Source: Geopsychrobacteraceae bacterium | GTDB taxonomy: Bacteria > Desulfobacterota > Desulfuromonadia > Desulfuromonadales > Geopsychrobacteraceae | Direction: 5' to 3' | Length of the DNA: 64,000 bases | Assembly (NCBI GenBank): GCA_963662315.1 | Contig: OY759353.1 | Span: forward strand, 224,001-288,000 | Shown here: positions 30,419-41,028 of the stretch, one piece after another | How the letters are laid out: every line of letters begins with the position of its first letter | How positions within the stretch are numbered: the first letter of the stretch is position 1 | The notes under the pieces: model-generated | The model's database searches: none | What the model was told of the DNA's origin: nothing | The model's input: the letters and a program-made list of their open reading frames with translations, nothing else | Translations under genes and position numbers: made by a program

Positions 30419-31569
30419 AAGGCTCATTGGAACAGGTCTGGAACGCCATTGATGTACCGCGTTTGCAGCGCATGCTGATCGAAATGATTGATATCTATTC
30501 CCCCTCTGGAAAAGAGGAGGATATCCAGCTTTACCTAGAAGAAATTCTGGCGACAGCAGGCATCTCGGTGCAACGTCAGGAGGTTGAAGAAGAGCGCTTC
30601 AATCTGGTCGCACGGATGGGAGCAGAACCGACGCAACTGTTTTTTGTCGGCCACGTCGACACAGTAACCGCCTGGGATATCGATAAATATGCTGCTGTTG
30701 AGGAATGGGGGATTGTGCGGGGGCTTGGCAGTGCCGACATGAAAGGGGGGTGTGCTGCCATGGTCGAGGCCTGGTTGTCCCTGGCGACACTGCCTGAAGA
30801 TCAACGTCCCTCAGTCGGGTTGTTGCTGGTTGTCGGGGAAGAAGAGAACGGTGACGGCAGTATGCGCTTTTTGGAGAACGAATGCCCTCCTTGGGTGGTC
30901 ATCGGTGAACCGACTTCGATGCTACCGGCCTTTTGCCATTTCGGTTATATGGAGGTGGGATTGACAACCCAGGGGCGGCGTATCCATTCGTCTTTGCCGG
31001 AATTGGGGCACAATGCCATCGAATCGATGCTGCGGGTTCTGCTGCAAATTGAAAGAGCTGCCATTTCTAAACAGGATGACGAAGACAAACTGGTCTATTC
31101 CATTCGAGAAATGAGCTCTTCCCGGGCTGGTTTTGTTGTTCCTGATCGGTGTGAGACCATGATTGATCTGCATTTGCCCCCCGAAACAGATCCCGTCCTG
31201 ATCCGTTTGAAACTGGAAAAGATTTTCGAGAAAACTCGTGCCACGATCAAGGACCTGCATCTTGACGTCTCCTTTGCCTTTGAATCGGGAGGGTATCAGC
31301 TGCCGCGCAAAAACCCCCTGGCGTATACTCTTGAAGATGTCTTCCCGCGCATGAATCTGCCTTTGGAATTTGTACCGTTTCGGTCCCATTCAGATGGTAA
31401 CCTGTTTTATCGGGCTGGCAGCAAACCACTTATTCTGGGTCCCGGTTCGCTGGAAACCGCCCACACGGCTGAAGAACAGACCAGCTTTGCTGAGGTTGAA
31501 GCCGCTGCGAGAGTTTATGCCGCTCTGGCGCTGGGATTTGAGGCCGCTTCAGTAGCTTTGAAGAGATAA
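30415..31569 (+). CDS. M20-family metallopeptidase/deacylase (ArgE/DapE-like)
   Basis: GHVDTV, GLGSADMKGG, GEEE, IGEPT, AHTAEE; ATGA overlap with the GNAT gene. Confidence 0.9.
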   Translation: MKGSLEQVWNAIDVPRLQRMLIEMIDIYSPSGKEEDIQLYLEEILATAGISVQRQEVEEERFNLVARMGAEPTQLFFVGHVDTVTAWDIDKYAAVEEWGIVRGLGSADMKGGCAAMVEAWLSLATLPEDQRPSVGLLLVVGEEENGDGSMRFLENECPPWVVIGEPTSMLPAFCHFGYMEVGLTTQGRRIHSSLPELGHNAIESMLRVLLQIERAAISKQDDEDKLVYSIREMSSSRAGFVVPDRCETMIDLHLPPETDPVLIRLKLEKIFEKTRATIKDLHLDVSFAFESGGYQLPRKNPLAYTLEDVFPRMNLPLEFVPFRSHSDGNLFYRAGSKPLILGPGSLETAHTAEEQTSFAEVEAAARVYAALALGFEAASVALKR

Positions 31570-31604
31570 GCTTTTATTTTTCAGATTCAGGAGGCAGAAG
31601 CGTA

Positions 31605-31640
31605 TAAGGGCGACAACGGGTTTCGTAGTTGTCGCCCTTA
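31605..31640. terminator. Hairpin between convergent genes
   Basis: TAAGGGCGACAAC...GTTGTCGCCCTTA 13-bp perfect stem. Confidence 0.65.
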
Positions 31641-31648
31641 AAGAGGTT

Positions 31649-32809
31649 CTAGGAGAGTCTGTTTTTGAAATCCTCGTAACCAAATGACTTGACCAGTTCT
31701 ATGTTGCCATTGGTTTGAGCATAATAGATCGATGGCAATTTGACCCCGTTGAAGGTATTGGTCTTAACCATCGAGTAAATGGCCATATCGAGAAAAATCA
31801 GATGGTCCCCTTCGTTCAGCGGGCGGTCAAAGGAATAATCCCCGATTACGTCTCCTGCCAGGCATGAAAGTCCACCCAGGCGGTAAGTGTAGGTTTTTTC
31901 TCCTGGCAGCCCGGCGCCAATGATCTCTGGGCGATACGGCATTTCCAGGACGTCGGGCATATGATCCGTTGCTGAAACATTGAGGATGGCATTCTGAACG
32001 TCGTGGTTGAGCGTGATATCGAGTACACGTGCTACTAACACCCCGGCATTAAGGGCAACGGCCTCACCGGGTTCCAGATAAACGGTCAGATGCGGGTGGC
32101 GGTTTCGGAAATCAGTTATCAGCTGAACCAGTCTGTTAATATCATAGCCCGGACGTGTTATGTGGTGTCCCCCGCCGAAATTGACCCAGGACAACTGATC
32201 AAGGTATGGGCCAAAGTTTTTTTCAAAAGCGGCCAGAGTGCGCTCCAGAGAATCGCTGTCGTCTTGGCAAAGGGTGTGAAAATGAAGCCCACTTATTCCT
32301 TTTAAATAGTCCGATTCAAATTTATCAGCCGTTATCCCCAACCGGGAACCACGGGCGCACGGATCGTAAATTTCTACAGTCGTCTCACTCCATTCCGGGT
32401 TGCAGCGCAGGCCAAATTCAAGCTTCGGGTTCAGTTCTTTGGCCAGGGCCCCGAATTTCCGCCATTGGGAAAATGAATTGAAGACCAGGTGATCGCTGAT
32501 CGGCGCGACTTCTCGAATATCCTCTTCGCCAAACGCGGTGGCAAATACGTGGACCTCTCCGGGGAATAATTCGCGCGCCAGCATCGCTTCATGGGGGCCA
32601 CTCGAACATGTCCCTTTGAGGGTTTGACTTAACAAAGGAAAGCAGCGGTGCATACTGAAGGCTTTTTGGGCCAGCAGAATTTTGGCTCCGGACCGGTCCA
32701 TGACTTGTTGCAAAATAGCCAGGTTATGTTTAAGCGCTTCCTCAAAGACGACAAAAGCCGGACTTTTAATGTTCTGCAAATCGATTTTAACGGCGAGTTG
32801 TTTATCCAT
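31649..32809 (-). CDS. nspC: Carboxynorspermidine decarboxylase
   Basis: LAQKAF, YDPCARGSRLG, GLHFH, NFGGGHH, CLAGDVIGDY, MVKTNTFNG. Confidence 0.93.
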   Translation of the reverse strand: MDKQLAVKIDLQNIKSPAFVVFEEALKHNLAILQQVMDRSGAKILLAQKAFSMHRCFPLLSQTLKGTCSSGPHEAMLARELFPGEVHVFATAFGEEDIREVAPISDHLVFNSFSQWRKFGALAKELNPKLEFGLRCNPEWSETTVEIYDPCARGSRLGITADKFESDYLKGISGLHFHTLCQDDSDSLERTLAAFEKNFGPYLDQLSWVNFGGGHHITRPGYDINRLVQLITDFRNRHPHLTVYLEPGEAVALNAGVLVARVLDITLNHDVQNAILNVSATDHMPDVLEMPYRPEIIGAGLPGEKTYTYRLGGLSCLAGDVIGDYSFDRPLNEGDHLIFLDMAIYSMVKTNTFNGVKLPSIYYAQTNGNIELVKSFGYEDFKNRLS

Positions 32810-32885
32810 TGCTATTTACTTAATCTTTCTGTGTAGTAGCTGGGCCTGCTGTTGAGGCAGGCCCAGAGGTGCTCATGCTCGGTTT

Positions 32886-34079
32886 TCAATCAAAACCATT
32901 GATAAAAACTTCCTTCCAGGGCAGGCCAAGACGATTTAAATCTGCCATAAAAGGATCAGGATCAAATTGTTCAACGTTAAACACTCCCGCCCCTGTCCAG
33001 GCGCCATCGGCGATCTGTTTCGCGCCAACAACGGCAGGTACGCCGGCAGTATAGGAGATCGCCTGGGATTGAACTTCAGCAAAACAGGCCTGGTGATCGG
33101 AGATATTATAGACAAAGTATTTCCGTGGTTTTCCATCTTTGATTCCCGAGACGACGACGCCAATGCAGGTATGCCCTTTGGTTTTAGGGCCCAATGATCC
33201 TGGATCGGGAAGCAGCGCTTTCAGGAACTGGAGGGGAATAATGCTCTGACCGTTAAATTCAATGGGTTCAATACCGGTCATGCCAACATTTTGCAACACC
33301 TCAAGGTGTTTGAGATAGTTTTGGGAAAAACTCATCCAAAAACGGGCCTTGCGTAAACCCGGAACAAATTTGACCAGAGATTCAAGTTCTTCATGGTACA
33401 TCAGGTAGATATCCAGGGTGCCCAGGTCTTCGGGCATGGTGTATTCCTGTTTTACCGACATTGGCTCAATTTCAACCCATTGGCCATTTTCCCAGTAGCG
33501 TCCTTTGGCCGTTACTTCTCGAATATTGATTTCTGGATTGAAATTGGTGGCAAAAGGCAGGCCGTGGCTTCCGGCATTACAATCGATAATGTCAAGTTCA
33601 TGAATTTCATCGAAATGATGCTTCAATGCATACATGGTCATAACACTGGTAACACCAGGGTCAAAACCGCTGCCAAGCAGTGCCATGAGACCTTTTTCCT
33701 TGAACCTGTCGTGATAAGCCCACTGCCATTTGTATTCAAAATGAGCCGTGTCCGGTGGCTCGTAATTGGCTGTATCCAGGTAGTTCACTCCGGTCGCCAG
33801 GCAGGCTTCCATCAAATTCAAATCCTGATAAGGTAAAGCAAGATTGATTAATAAATCAGGTTTAACGTTGTTGATCAGTTCAACTGTTTCTGCGATGTTA
33901 TCAGCATCGACCTGAGCTGTATTGATTTTTCGCGGCAGAAGACTGGCGATATGGTCACACTTTGATTTCGTTCGACTGGCTAGGGTGATTTCTGTAAATA
34001 CTTCAGGAAGCATGGCGCATTTCCAGGTAGTTACTTGGCTGACACCGCCGGCGCCGATAATTAATAATTTAATCCCCAT
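32886..34079 (-). CDS. Carboxynorspermidine dehydrogenase (saccharopine dehydrogenase family)
   Basis: IIGAGGV, ALPYQDL, YLDTANYE, GFDPGVT, NFNPEINIRE; directly upstream of nspC. Confidence 0.92.
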   Translation of the reverse strand: MGIKLLIIGAGGVSQVTTWKCAMLPEVFTEITLASRTKSKCDHIASLLPRKINTAQVDADNIAETVELINNVKPDLLINLALPYQDLNLMEACLATGVNYLDTANYEPPDTAHFEYKWQWAYHDRFKEKGLMALLGSGFDPGVTSVMTMYALKHHFDEIHELDIIDCNAGSHGLPFATNFNPEINIREVTAKGRYWENGQWVEIEPMSVKQEYTMPEDLGTLDIYLMYHEELESLVKFVPGLRKARFWMSFSQNYLKHLEVLQNVGMTGIEPIEFNGQSIIPLQFLKALLPDPGSLGPKTKGHTCIGVVVSGIKDGKPRKYFVYNISDHQACFAEVQSQAISYTAGVPAVVGAKQIADGAWTGAGVFNVEQFDPDPFMADLNRLGLPWKEVFINGFD

Positions 34080-34417
34080 TTTTTAGAACCTTTCTTAAAA
34101 AAAACTGGCAAATTCAAAATGGCCAGAACTCGCTTCCCCCCCAAAAAAAATCACTCTCAAAATTAAACCAAACGCGTACTATACGAAATTATCTAGACAA
34201 TAATCTAGCAAATAGTTGCGTGTTTGGTGGAGGTTTTGATTTATCTCTGTCATCGGGGGCGAAGAGGCTATTTTATTCTCATTGACAGGGGAAGAAAAAT
34301 CGAAAAAGGGGGGACCGAATGTCGTGATGTAACAAAGAGAGTTCTTCATGATGTTGGCAAAGAACAGGCCCTGCACAAAGGCGCAGGACCTGAAGTGTGT
34401 TGAAAGTGACGCTGAGC

Positions 34418-35416
34418 CTAGCAGGCGTCGTTGATCTGCAGATAAACCAGGGTCTGGTTCAACAACTGATAAGCAATTTCACCGAATGTTATGGGGCCGA
34501 CAAAATCTGCTGTTTTGTTTCCTTCAAGATTGGAGTACAGATAGTTCAGAATGCAGTTGCATGAGAACGCAACACTTTGTCCACTCAAGTGATTTTCTTT
34601 CAGTTGCTTGGCAAAGTCGGCGGCGTAATCTGTGACTGGCCTTGCGACTTTGTAACGGACACCGCTGAAAACGGGTGCATAGAAAAGCACATCACCACCA
34701 GGAGTAACATCCTGAAAGCTGATGTTCACCAGAGCACCGTAGTAGTCTGCAACCAGGGGTAACTTGGTATCAATGCTATTTTTTGTCAGGTAGTCGGAAA
34801 AATTTTCCCTGACGCCATCGATCATTACATCAGTGCAGCTGAAGCCGTCCTTTTCAAAGGTCAGGGTGTCGCCATCACCTTGCTCAAACAGATTGATAAT
34901 ACCGACGTCGGCCGCTTTCCCCTGTGGCAGTTGCACATGCATGACAATCGCATTATCGGTATAGCTGGAACCGTTTTCACCGTTATACACTTTTGGCTGT
35001 TGCTGGCCGAGATCGTCAAGGTGGACACCGGAAATCCAGCCCAGTAACGGCTGACAGCCAAAGTTTTTGTAGTTTGGTGCATTTAGCGCAAAAGATGTAT
35101 GGGCAGTACTTGAAGCTGGAATATTAATAAAACTGAATCCTGTGGCCCCCGAATCTGAATAGACCGTACCCAGAGAGTCCTTTGAGTAGGCTTTGATCGA
35201 CGTTTTTGCCGAAATGGCAGAAATGTCGGTCACGAAGATTTTTTCTTTAGTTGTCTCGCCACCCGCTTCGGGGCCAACAAAGTAAGGAATGGTCCCGCCA
35301 ATCCAATTTCCTTGGGGGAGTTGTTGAAGCAGGTTGTCGTCTCCGGCAATCAGAAGTGTTTTTCCGGCTTTAATAAGGTCTGCTGCCGTTGCGCAGTTAA
35401 CAAGTGATTGTTGCAT
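34418..35416 (-). CDS. Conserved hypothetical protein, FIST-like (recalled as DUF6976 family)
   Basis: LIAGD...GNWIGGTIPYF, FSCNCILNYLY, GPITFGEIAYQLLNQT; the C-terminus parallels FIST_C (SC...GE...QT). Confidence 0.7.
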   Translation of the reverse strand: MQQSLVNCATAADLIKAGKTLLIAGDDNLLQQLPQGNWIGGTIPYFVGPEAGGETTKEKIFVTDISAISAKTSIKAYSKDSLGTVYSDSGATGFSFINIPASSTAHTSFALNAPNYKNFGCQPLLGWISGVHLDDLGQQQPKVYNGENGSSYTDNAIVMHVQLPQGKAADVGIINLFEQGDGDTLTFEKDGFSCTDVMIDGVRENFSDYLTKNSIDTKLPLVADYYGALVNISFQDVTPGGDVLFYAPVFSGVRYKVARPVTDYAADFAKQLKENHLSGQSVAFSCNCILNYLYSNLEGNKTADFVGPITFGEIAYQLLNQTLVYLQINDAC

Positions 35417-35428
35417 TATATATATCTC

Positions 35429-35695
35429 CTATCCGAAAATTGTTTTCATGTCTTCTTTGGCTGATGGAACCGCAATGTTCTGTGAATACAGGGTATGTAA
35501 CTCATCAATAGCTGCAGCAATGGCCTGCGGATCATTGGCCGACCGGATCAGCCTGCCGAGCATAATCTTAGCGGCGAGAAATTTCAGGGCATAGGTTTGC
35601 TGACCGGTAACGATAGCTGCCCACTTCGGGTTGGTTTTTGCTGGGACAATCATGGTTGTGATCTCCTCTGTCATAGAGTCTGTCATCGTTGCCAT
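35429..35695 (-). CDS. Small hypothetical protein
   Basis: ORF ends 12 nt upstream of the next gene on the same strand; the start codon is uncertain. Confidence 0.6.
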   Translation of the reverse strand: MATMTDSMTEEITTMIVPAKTNPKWAAIVTGQQTYALKFLAAKIMLGRLIRSANDPQAIAAAIDELHTLYSQNIAVPSAKEDMKTIFG

Positions 35696-36020
35696 CTGAA
35701 CATGCTTGGTCAGATGTGTTTCGAATATATGTTAAATATGAAGTTTTTTGCATGTGGTAAAAAGACTATGCTGTTAGTGGATAATTATTTGCCATTTTTA
35801 ATATACCAGTGTTTTGTTTCTGGATAAAGAGAGTTGTCCTGTTTATAATGTTAGAATGCTAACTCATTGAAAGCAGATTTCAAAAACCGCTTACGCTGCG
35901 GCTGGGGAGATTTGAGGCTATTTGTGTTGCGGAAAAGCTGTTCTGCTCTGTCGTCACCTGTCCTTATACAGTGTATTTGAAGACGCTTTTTCTTATTTTC
36001 TGAGGTGAGAATTATTACCA

Positions 36021-36890
36021 ATGATCATTCCTGATATTATTGCGACTCAGAATCCTTTTATCTCCATGGAATTTTTCCCGCCACGGAGCGCCGATCACCT
36101 GACAACTTTTTCTGCAGTTGTCTCATGTCTGTGCCAGCAGAAACCCGATTTCTTTACGGTGACTTTTGGTGCCGGCGGCTCGACGAAGGTTGGGACTTAC
36201 CAGACTGTAAAGCAGTTGCTGACCGATACTGACGTTCCGACGGTTGCGCACCTTGCTGGAGCAGGTCTTGGTCCGGAAGATCTGTGTCAGATTCTAGATC
36301 AGTATCAGGACCTGGGGGTGAAAAATATATTCGTGGTCCGTGGCGATGCTGCTAAAGATGGTTCTTTTGCTTTTCATCCGCAAGGCTTTCCCTATGCTAG
36401 CGATCTGATCGCCTTTATCCGTGAACGCTACGATTTTACTATCGGATGTGCCGGTTATCCTGAGGGGCATGTTTCGGCCCCGAGTTACGAGCGTGATATA
36501 GAGTATCTGCAGCAAAAGGTTGAAAGCGGCGGGGATTACATCCTGACCCAATATTTTCATGACAATGAGTTCTTTTTCCGGTTTGTTGAGCAGTGCCGGA
36601 GCTGCGGGATAACGGTTCCCATTATTCCCGGGATTATGCCGGTCTATTCTTTGGAGTTAACACAAAGGCTATCAGTTATGTGTGGAGCTTCTATTCCCAA
36701 GGAGCTTCAACGTGGCTTGCGTGACGCTGACGCGGACACCGCGCAGCAGTTTGGAATTGCTTTTGCCCTCAAGCAGTGTAAAGAGTTGCTGCAATATGGT
36801 GTTGCCGGACTTCATTTTTATACGATGAATCGAAGCACTGCTATCAGCGCTATCATGGCGGCGTTGCGTCAGGATGGTTTAATTCTTTAA
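36021..36890 (+). CDS. metF: Methylenetetrahydrofolate reductase
   Basis: SMEFFPPR, VTFGAGGST, RGD, AGYPEGH, TQYFHD, GLHFYTMN. Confidence 0.93.
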   Translation: MIIPDIIATQNPFISMEFFPPRSADHLTTFSAVVSCLCQQKPDFFTVTFGAGGSTKVGTYQTVKQLLTDTDVPTVAHLAGAGLGPEDLCQILDQYQDLGVKNIFVVRGDAAKDGSFAFHPQGFPYASDLIAFIRERYDFTIGCAGYPEGHVSAPSYERDIEYLQQKVESGGDYILTQYFHDNEFFFRFVEQCRSCGITVPIIPGIMPVYSLELTQRLSVMCGASIPKELQRGLRDADADTAQQFGIAFALKQCKELLQYGVAGLHFYTMNRSTAISAIMAALRQDGLIL

Positions 36891-36983
36891 TATTTGAAAT
36901 CTTTATTGTTGTTCTTTGAGTATTCAAAGGATGTGTTACGATTAATTATTATTTAATTGATTTTGAATATTGGGAGTTGATGA

Positions 36984-37832
36984 ATGGAATTGCTGAAAAA
37001 CTTCCTCCTCATTATGGGCATTCTGCTGCTGTCTGCTTCTCTATGGCCAATTCGCAAAACAATCGCTTCAATTCCTCATGGTCGCATCCGCAATTTATGG
37101 CGCGCTTTAATCTACCTGATCTGTTTTTTTATTATCGGTTATTCTTATTATTATGTCTGTTACGGTGGTATCTATCGCCACTTCGAAGATCTCCTGGTTC
37201 CGGTTGTTTTCTTTTGGGGAGCCGTCTTCGTTTTCCTGGTGTGTTTGCTCTCGCTGCAGACGGCTAAAAATTTTCGTCGAATTTTTATTCTGGAGCAGGA
37301 AAACTCCACCGATTCTCTGACCGGAGTTTATAATCGTCGTTATTTTGACCGCCGACTTCATGAAGAATTCAGTCGTTCTAAGCGCTATAACGAGCCATTC
37401 TCAATGATTATGATCGATGTTGATCATTTTAAACGCATAAATGATCATTGGGGGCACCAGATTGGGGACCTGGTCCTTCGACGTTTCGCGGAACGCATCA
37501 AAATCAGTCTGCGGGAATCTGATGTCCTGTGCCGCTATGGTGGCGAAGAGCTGGGTTTGTTACTACCGCACACTCCTCTTGATGCCGCTCTGGCACTGGC
37601 TGAAAAACTGCGGTGCAAAGTTGCTGCCAGCGAATTGTTAACCACGGCTGAAGCTGAAGGGCTAGGGGCCATTCAGGTGACGGTCAGTCTTGGTGTTGCC
37701 AGTTTGCTGCCTGATATCTCTTCACCCGCGCAGCTTCTCGGTGTGGCCGATAAGGCCCTGTATTTTGCTAAACAGGCAGGGCGTAATTGTATCAAATCGT
37801 GTAAAGAATTGATTGATGGCGGGAACTGCTAG
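36984..37832 (+). CDS. Membrane-anchored diguanylate cyclase
   Basis: Three N-terminal TM segments, DSLTGVYNRR, DVDHFK, RESD I-site, RYGGEEL. Confidence 0.92.
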   Translation: MELLKNFLLIMGILLLSASLWPIRKTIASIPHGRIRNLWRALIYLICFFIIGYSYYYVCYGGIYRHFEDLLVPVVFFWGAVFVFLVCLLSLQTAKNFRRIFILEQENSTDSLTGVYNRRYFDRRLHEEFSRSKRYNEPFSMIMIDVDHFKRINDHWGHQIGDLVLRRFAERIKISLRESDVLCRYGGEELGLLLPHTPLDAALALAEKLRCKVAASELLTTAEAEGLGAIQVTVSLGVASLLPDISSPAQLLGVADKALYFAKQAGRNCIKSCKELIDGGNC

Positions 37833-38266
37833 CTGTTTTTTTTCCTCTCTTCAGCGCTGTTCGCGTTGTCCCTCTGTCGTTATTGCTTACTTTGGACCTT
37901 TTCCGCGCCCTTGCAGAGGTTATTCGTCCTGCCAGATCTGGTGGGTCAACACATTACAGACGGTCAGTGAATAGCCATAAACCGCGCCGGTATCAACATT
38001 GATGCGCCCTGGTTCAAAGCATGGTTTCCCCTGGGTTGGCTGGTGTCCCACGATATGGATTTCACCATTTTCTCCTGGTGGCGAATTGCGCTCCCAGAGC
38101 AGAATATAAGGGTCCTGCTCCCCAGGGGGGGGATATGTCGCGCTCGTCTATTTTTTCCCTTATTCAGAGAAGAAGAGTTTTTTATTCTCTGCCTTTGACG
38201 TATTCTTGTCGAGCTCATAAAATTCATTAAAATCTTTCTTGTTCAAAATGAAAAGGGTTCCAGTCT

Positions 38267-39445
38267 ATGTTTTTGGATTATATTGCCTTGTTAAGGGAAA
38301 TCAGCTTTTTCGATATACTCGATATCTTGTGCTCTTCCGCAATTATCTGGTTTCTGCTGACCATTTTCCGTTCGCGTCGAACCTGGAAACTTGGGGCCGG
38401 ACTGGTCAGTTACGGGTTGGTGCTGCTGCTGGCCAATCAGCTGGAGTTCACCTTGACGGTTCGGGTTCTGCAGGGGCTGTCTGTTGTGGTTATCCTGATT
38501 GTCGTCGTCATCTATCAACAGGAAATCAGACGGGTCCTGGATGATTTGGGAGCCGTTATCTTCCGCTGGTGGAGAAAACCGGCATCAAGGTCCAAAGAAA
38601 GTACCGAACTGCTTATCAATCTGCTCTACGAGCTTTCTGAGCGCAGTTGGGGGGCATTGATTGTCCTGCCGGGAGAAATAGCTCTGGATCCTCTGATTAC
38701 CGAAGGGTTTTTACTCAACGGGCAGGTTAGCAGGCCATTGCTTCTAAGTTTGTTTGATCCGGGTTCTCCAGGTCATGATGGGGCCGTCGTTATGCGTGGC
38801 GACCGGGTGGAACGCTTTGGCAGCCGCTTGCCCCTGACCGAGCGGGACGAGCCACTGAACCAGAAAGGTACGCGTCATGCGGCTGCGCTTGGCCTGGCTG
38901 AAAAATGTGACGCCCTGATCCTGGTCGTTTCCGAGGAAAGTGGCGCGATTTCTATTGCCTACGAAGGGGAGTTAACGCGAATTGTTGATCGTACGACCCT
39001 CAAACAGGAACTGACTGATTATAGCGGGGATCTGGAAGCCAAAAGAAGTCACCGGGCGGCGTGGCGTTCTTGGTTGCGTCTGACTTTGCGGATGGTTGTT
39101 TCGCTTGTTGTCACGGCAATTTTCTGGGTATTTCTGGTTCCAGGGTCCGCAGTGGTTACAAATGTCTTTGAGGTTCCAATCGACGTTCAGAATGTCCCGG
39201 CAGGGTTTAGCTTTGATTCTGTCTCGCCACCTGTTGCTGAAGTGGTTTTACGCGCTGAGCGCAGGGAACTGTTCAATCTCAAGAAGGAATCTCTGGTGAT
39301 CTCCCTGGATGGCACACTTACTGGCCTGGGGCGCCAGACGTATCCATTAAACAGTTCGCAGTTGGTATTACCGCCCGATGTCGATGTTGAAAGGATAAGC
39401 CCGGCAACGGTCAAGGTTTTGGTCAATAAAGATCAACAGCCATAG
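38267..39445 (+). CDS. Diadenylate cyclase (CdaA-type) fused to a C-terminal YbbR/CdaR-like domain
   Basis: Three TM segments, YQQEIRR, GHDGAVV, GTRHAAALG, VVSEESG, then a TM and VPIDVQNVP...ISPATVKV. Confidence 0.82.
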   Translation: MFLDYIALLREISFFDILDILCSSAIIWFLLTIFRSRRTWKLGAGLVSYGLVLLLANQLEFTLTVRVLQGLSVVVILIVVVIYQQEIRRVLDDLGAVIFRWWRKPASRSKESTELLINLLYELSERSWGALIVLPGEIALDPLITEGFLLNGQVSRPLLLSLFDPGSPGHDGAVVMRGDRVERFGSRLPLTERDEPLNQKGTRHAAALGLAEKCDALILVVSEESGAISIAYEGELTRIVDRTTLKQELTDYSGDLEAKRSHRAAWRSWLRLTLRMVVSLVVTAIFWVFLVPGSAVVTNVFEVPIDVQNVPAGFSFDSVSPPVAEVVLRAERRELFNLKKESLVISLDGTLTGLGRQTYPLNSSQLVLPPDVDVERISPATVKVLVNKDQQP

Positions 39446-39581
39446 CGTTTACCAGCAGAGCACGTATCGCCCGCAGCACATAGGCAAGCAGGGTCCTCTC
39501 ATCGGTTGACGGTCCTCAGGTCTTTTGCTGGGGCGTTACCTGCGGTTGACATGCGTCTCTAGGGGAAAAGTTAGGTCTTTG

Positions 39582-40751
39582 CTACGACGTTACGCACCCT
39601 TTAAGAACCGTTTTCAGATCCTCTGCAGATAAGCGGGCCGGGTTGTTCTTATTACCAGATTCCTCAGCAATTATCATTATATCTTCATCGGTTAGATTGA
39701 TACCTTTAAATTGATTCAGAACTGTTTCACGCTGTAACCACTCAAGGTGATTGATCAGGGCAACAGCACCCTCCCTGGCCTTTTTGTAGTGGTGCTTGGT
39801 TAACAGAGAGGCTGCGTGGCTCATTTTTTCAAGAGCGGGGTCACTGTTGTCCAATTTATCAAGAGTCATTTTCATCATTGGAGCCAGCAGAACCCCGCAA
39901 ATTTCTCCATGGGGCAGGGAATGGTACCCTCCGAACACTCCGGCCACGCCATGGACTGTCCCCAGACCGGCATTGGCCAGGGTCAGACCAGATACGTATG
40001 CGGCATAGGCCATATCGGCGCGGCAGTCGACATTATTCGCCATACTATTGCACACTGCGGGAAATGAACGGGACAAACGCTCCAGGCCACTGAGCGCAAG
40101 GGCGTCGGTCAATGGTGTTGCCACAGTAGAAAAATAGGATTCCAACAGCTGAGATAAGGCATCCATCCCCGCGGCCGCGGTCACCTGTGCGGGACAATGA
40201 ACCATCAGCTCGGGATCGATCAGTGCGATCTCCGGAATATAGCTGTCGTGACGAAGGGAGGCTTTGAACCCCTGGGGGCCGATTTCAGACAGCACGGCAT
40301 TTTTTGTCGCTTCGCTGCCTGTACCTGAAGTTGTTGGTACGGCAATGAACGGAATCCGTCTCGGTTCCGGTGTCTTATGCCCAACCTTTTCAAGGTAATC
40401 CTTGACCGATCCGGGCATGGTCAGTATGGCAGCGACCGCTTTACCGGTATCAATAACACTGCCTCCTCCGATGCTTACGACGCAGTCGGGCAACTGGTCC
40501 CGGTAGTTATTAACAATTGCATCAACCGTTGCAGGGGACGGCTCGCCGCTGATAGTTGCGATGGACCAGTCAATATTGTTGTCTTTGAAACTCTGGCAGA
40601 TGGTTTGCCAATGGCCGGATCGTTCCAGAGACTTCGTCCCTTTCAGGACCAGGATTGATCGTCCAAAACTGAGAATGTGCCGCGGTAAATGGGCAATATG
40701 GCCGGGACCAAAGTCGAGCACCGCGGGGCTGAAGAACTGGAAAGATTGCAT
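39582..40751 (-). CDS. Iron-containing alcohol dehydrogenase
   Basis: GGGSVIDTGK, PTTSGTGSEATKNAV, GLGTVHG...PHG; ATG 40751 after AAGGAG. Confidence 0.9.
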   Translation of the reverse strand: MQSFQFFSPAVLDFGPGHIAHLPRHILSFGRSILVLKGTKSLERSGHWQTICQSFKDNNIDWSIATISGEPSPATVDAIVNNYRDQLPDCVVSIGGGSVIDTGKAVAAILTMPGSVKDYLEKVGHKTPEPRRIPFIAVPTTSGTGSEATKNAVLSEIGPQGFKASLRHDSYIPEIALIDPELMVHCPAQVTAAAGMDALSQLLESYFSTVATPLTDALALSGLERLSRSFPAVCNSMANNVDCRADMAYAAYVSGLTLANAGLGTVHGVAGVFGGYHSLPHGEICGVLLAPMMKMTLDKLDNSDPALEKMSHAASLLTKHHYKKAREGAVALINHLEWLQRETVLNQFKGINLTDEDIMIIAEESGNKNNPARLSAEDLKTVLKGCVTS

Positions 40752-40979
40752 GGGAATTCTCCTTCGTTTTTTTGTAGACGATGTGAAGGAGAGTGTCAAT
40801 TTGTCATTAATTAAACCGGCAACAATTGTGGAGTCAGCACTTTTGGAGTGTTTCAATAAAAACCTAAAACCTCGGCGGGTCACGGCCCGCCAGCCGGTTT
40901 AGGGCACGACACCGCAATTTGGGTGTTTGTAACTTAGTGTTTTTGTTTATTCACTGTTTTAAGTTGGTAACGGCCGATG

Positions 40980-41014
40980 TGTCGGTGAGTTCTGCCAGGC
41001 AAAGCTCACCGACA
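40980..41014 (-). terminator. Hairpin downstream of the 41029-41661 gene
   Basis: TGTCGGTGAG...CTCACCGACA stem. Confidence 0.5.
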
Positions 41015-41028
41015 TGTCGCACTTTAAA

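Noticed and set aside
35830..36020. SAM or other riboswitch upstream of metF
   Set aside because: No SAM-I core or other recognisable aptamer consensus was visible.
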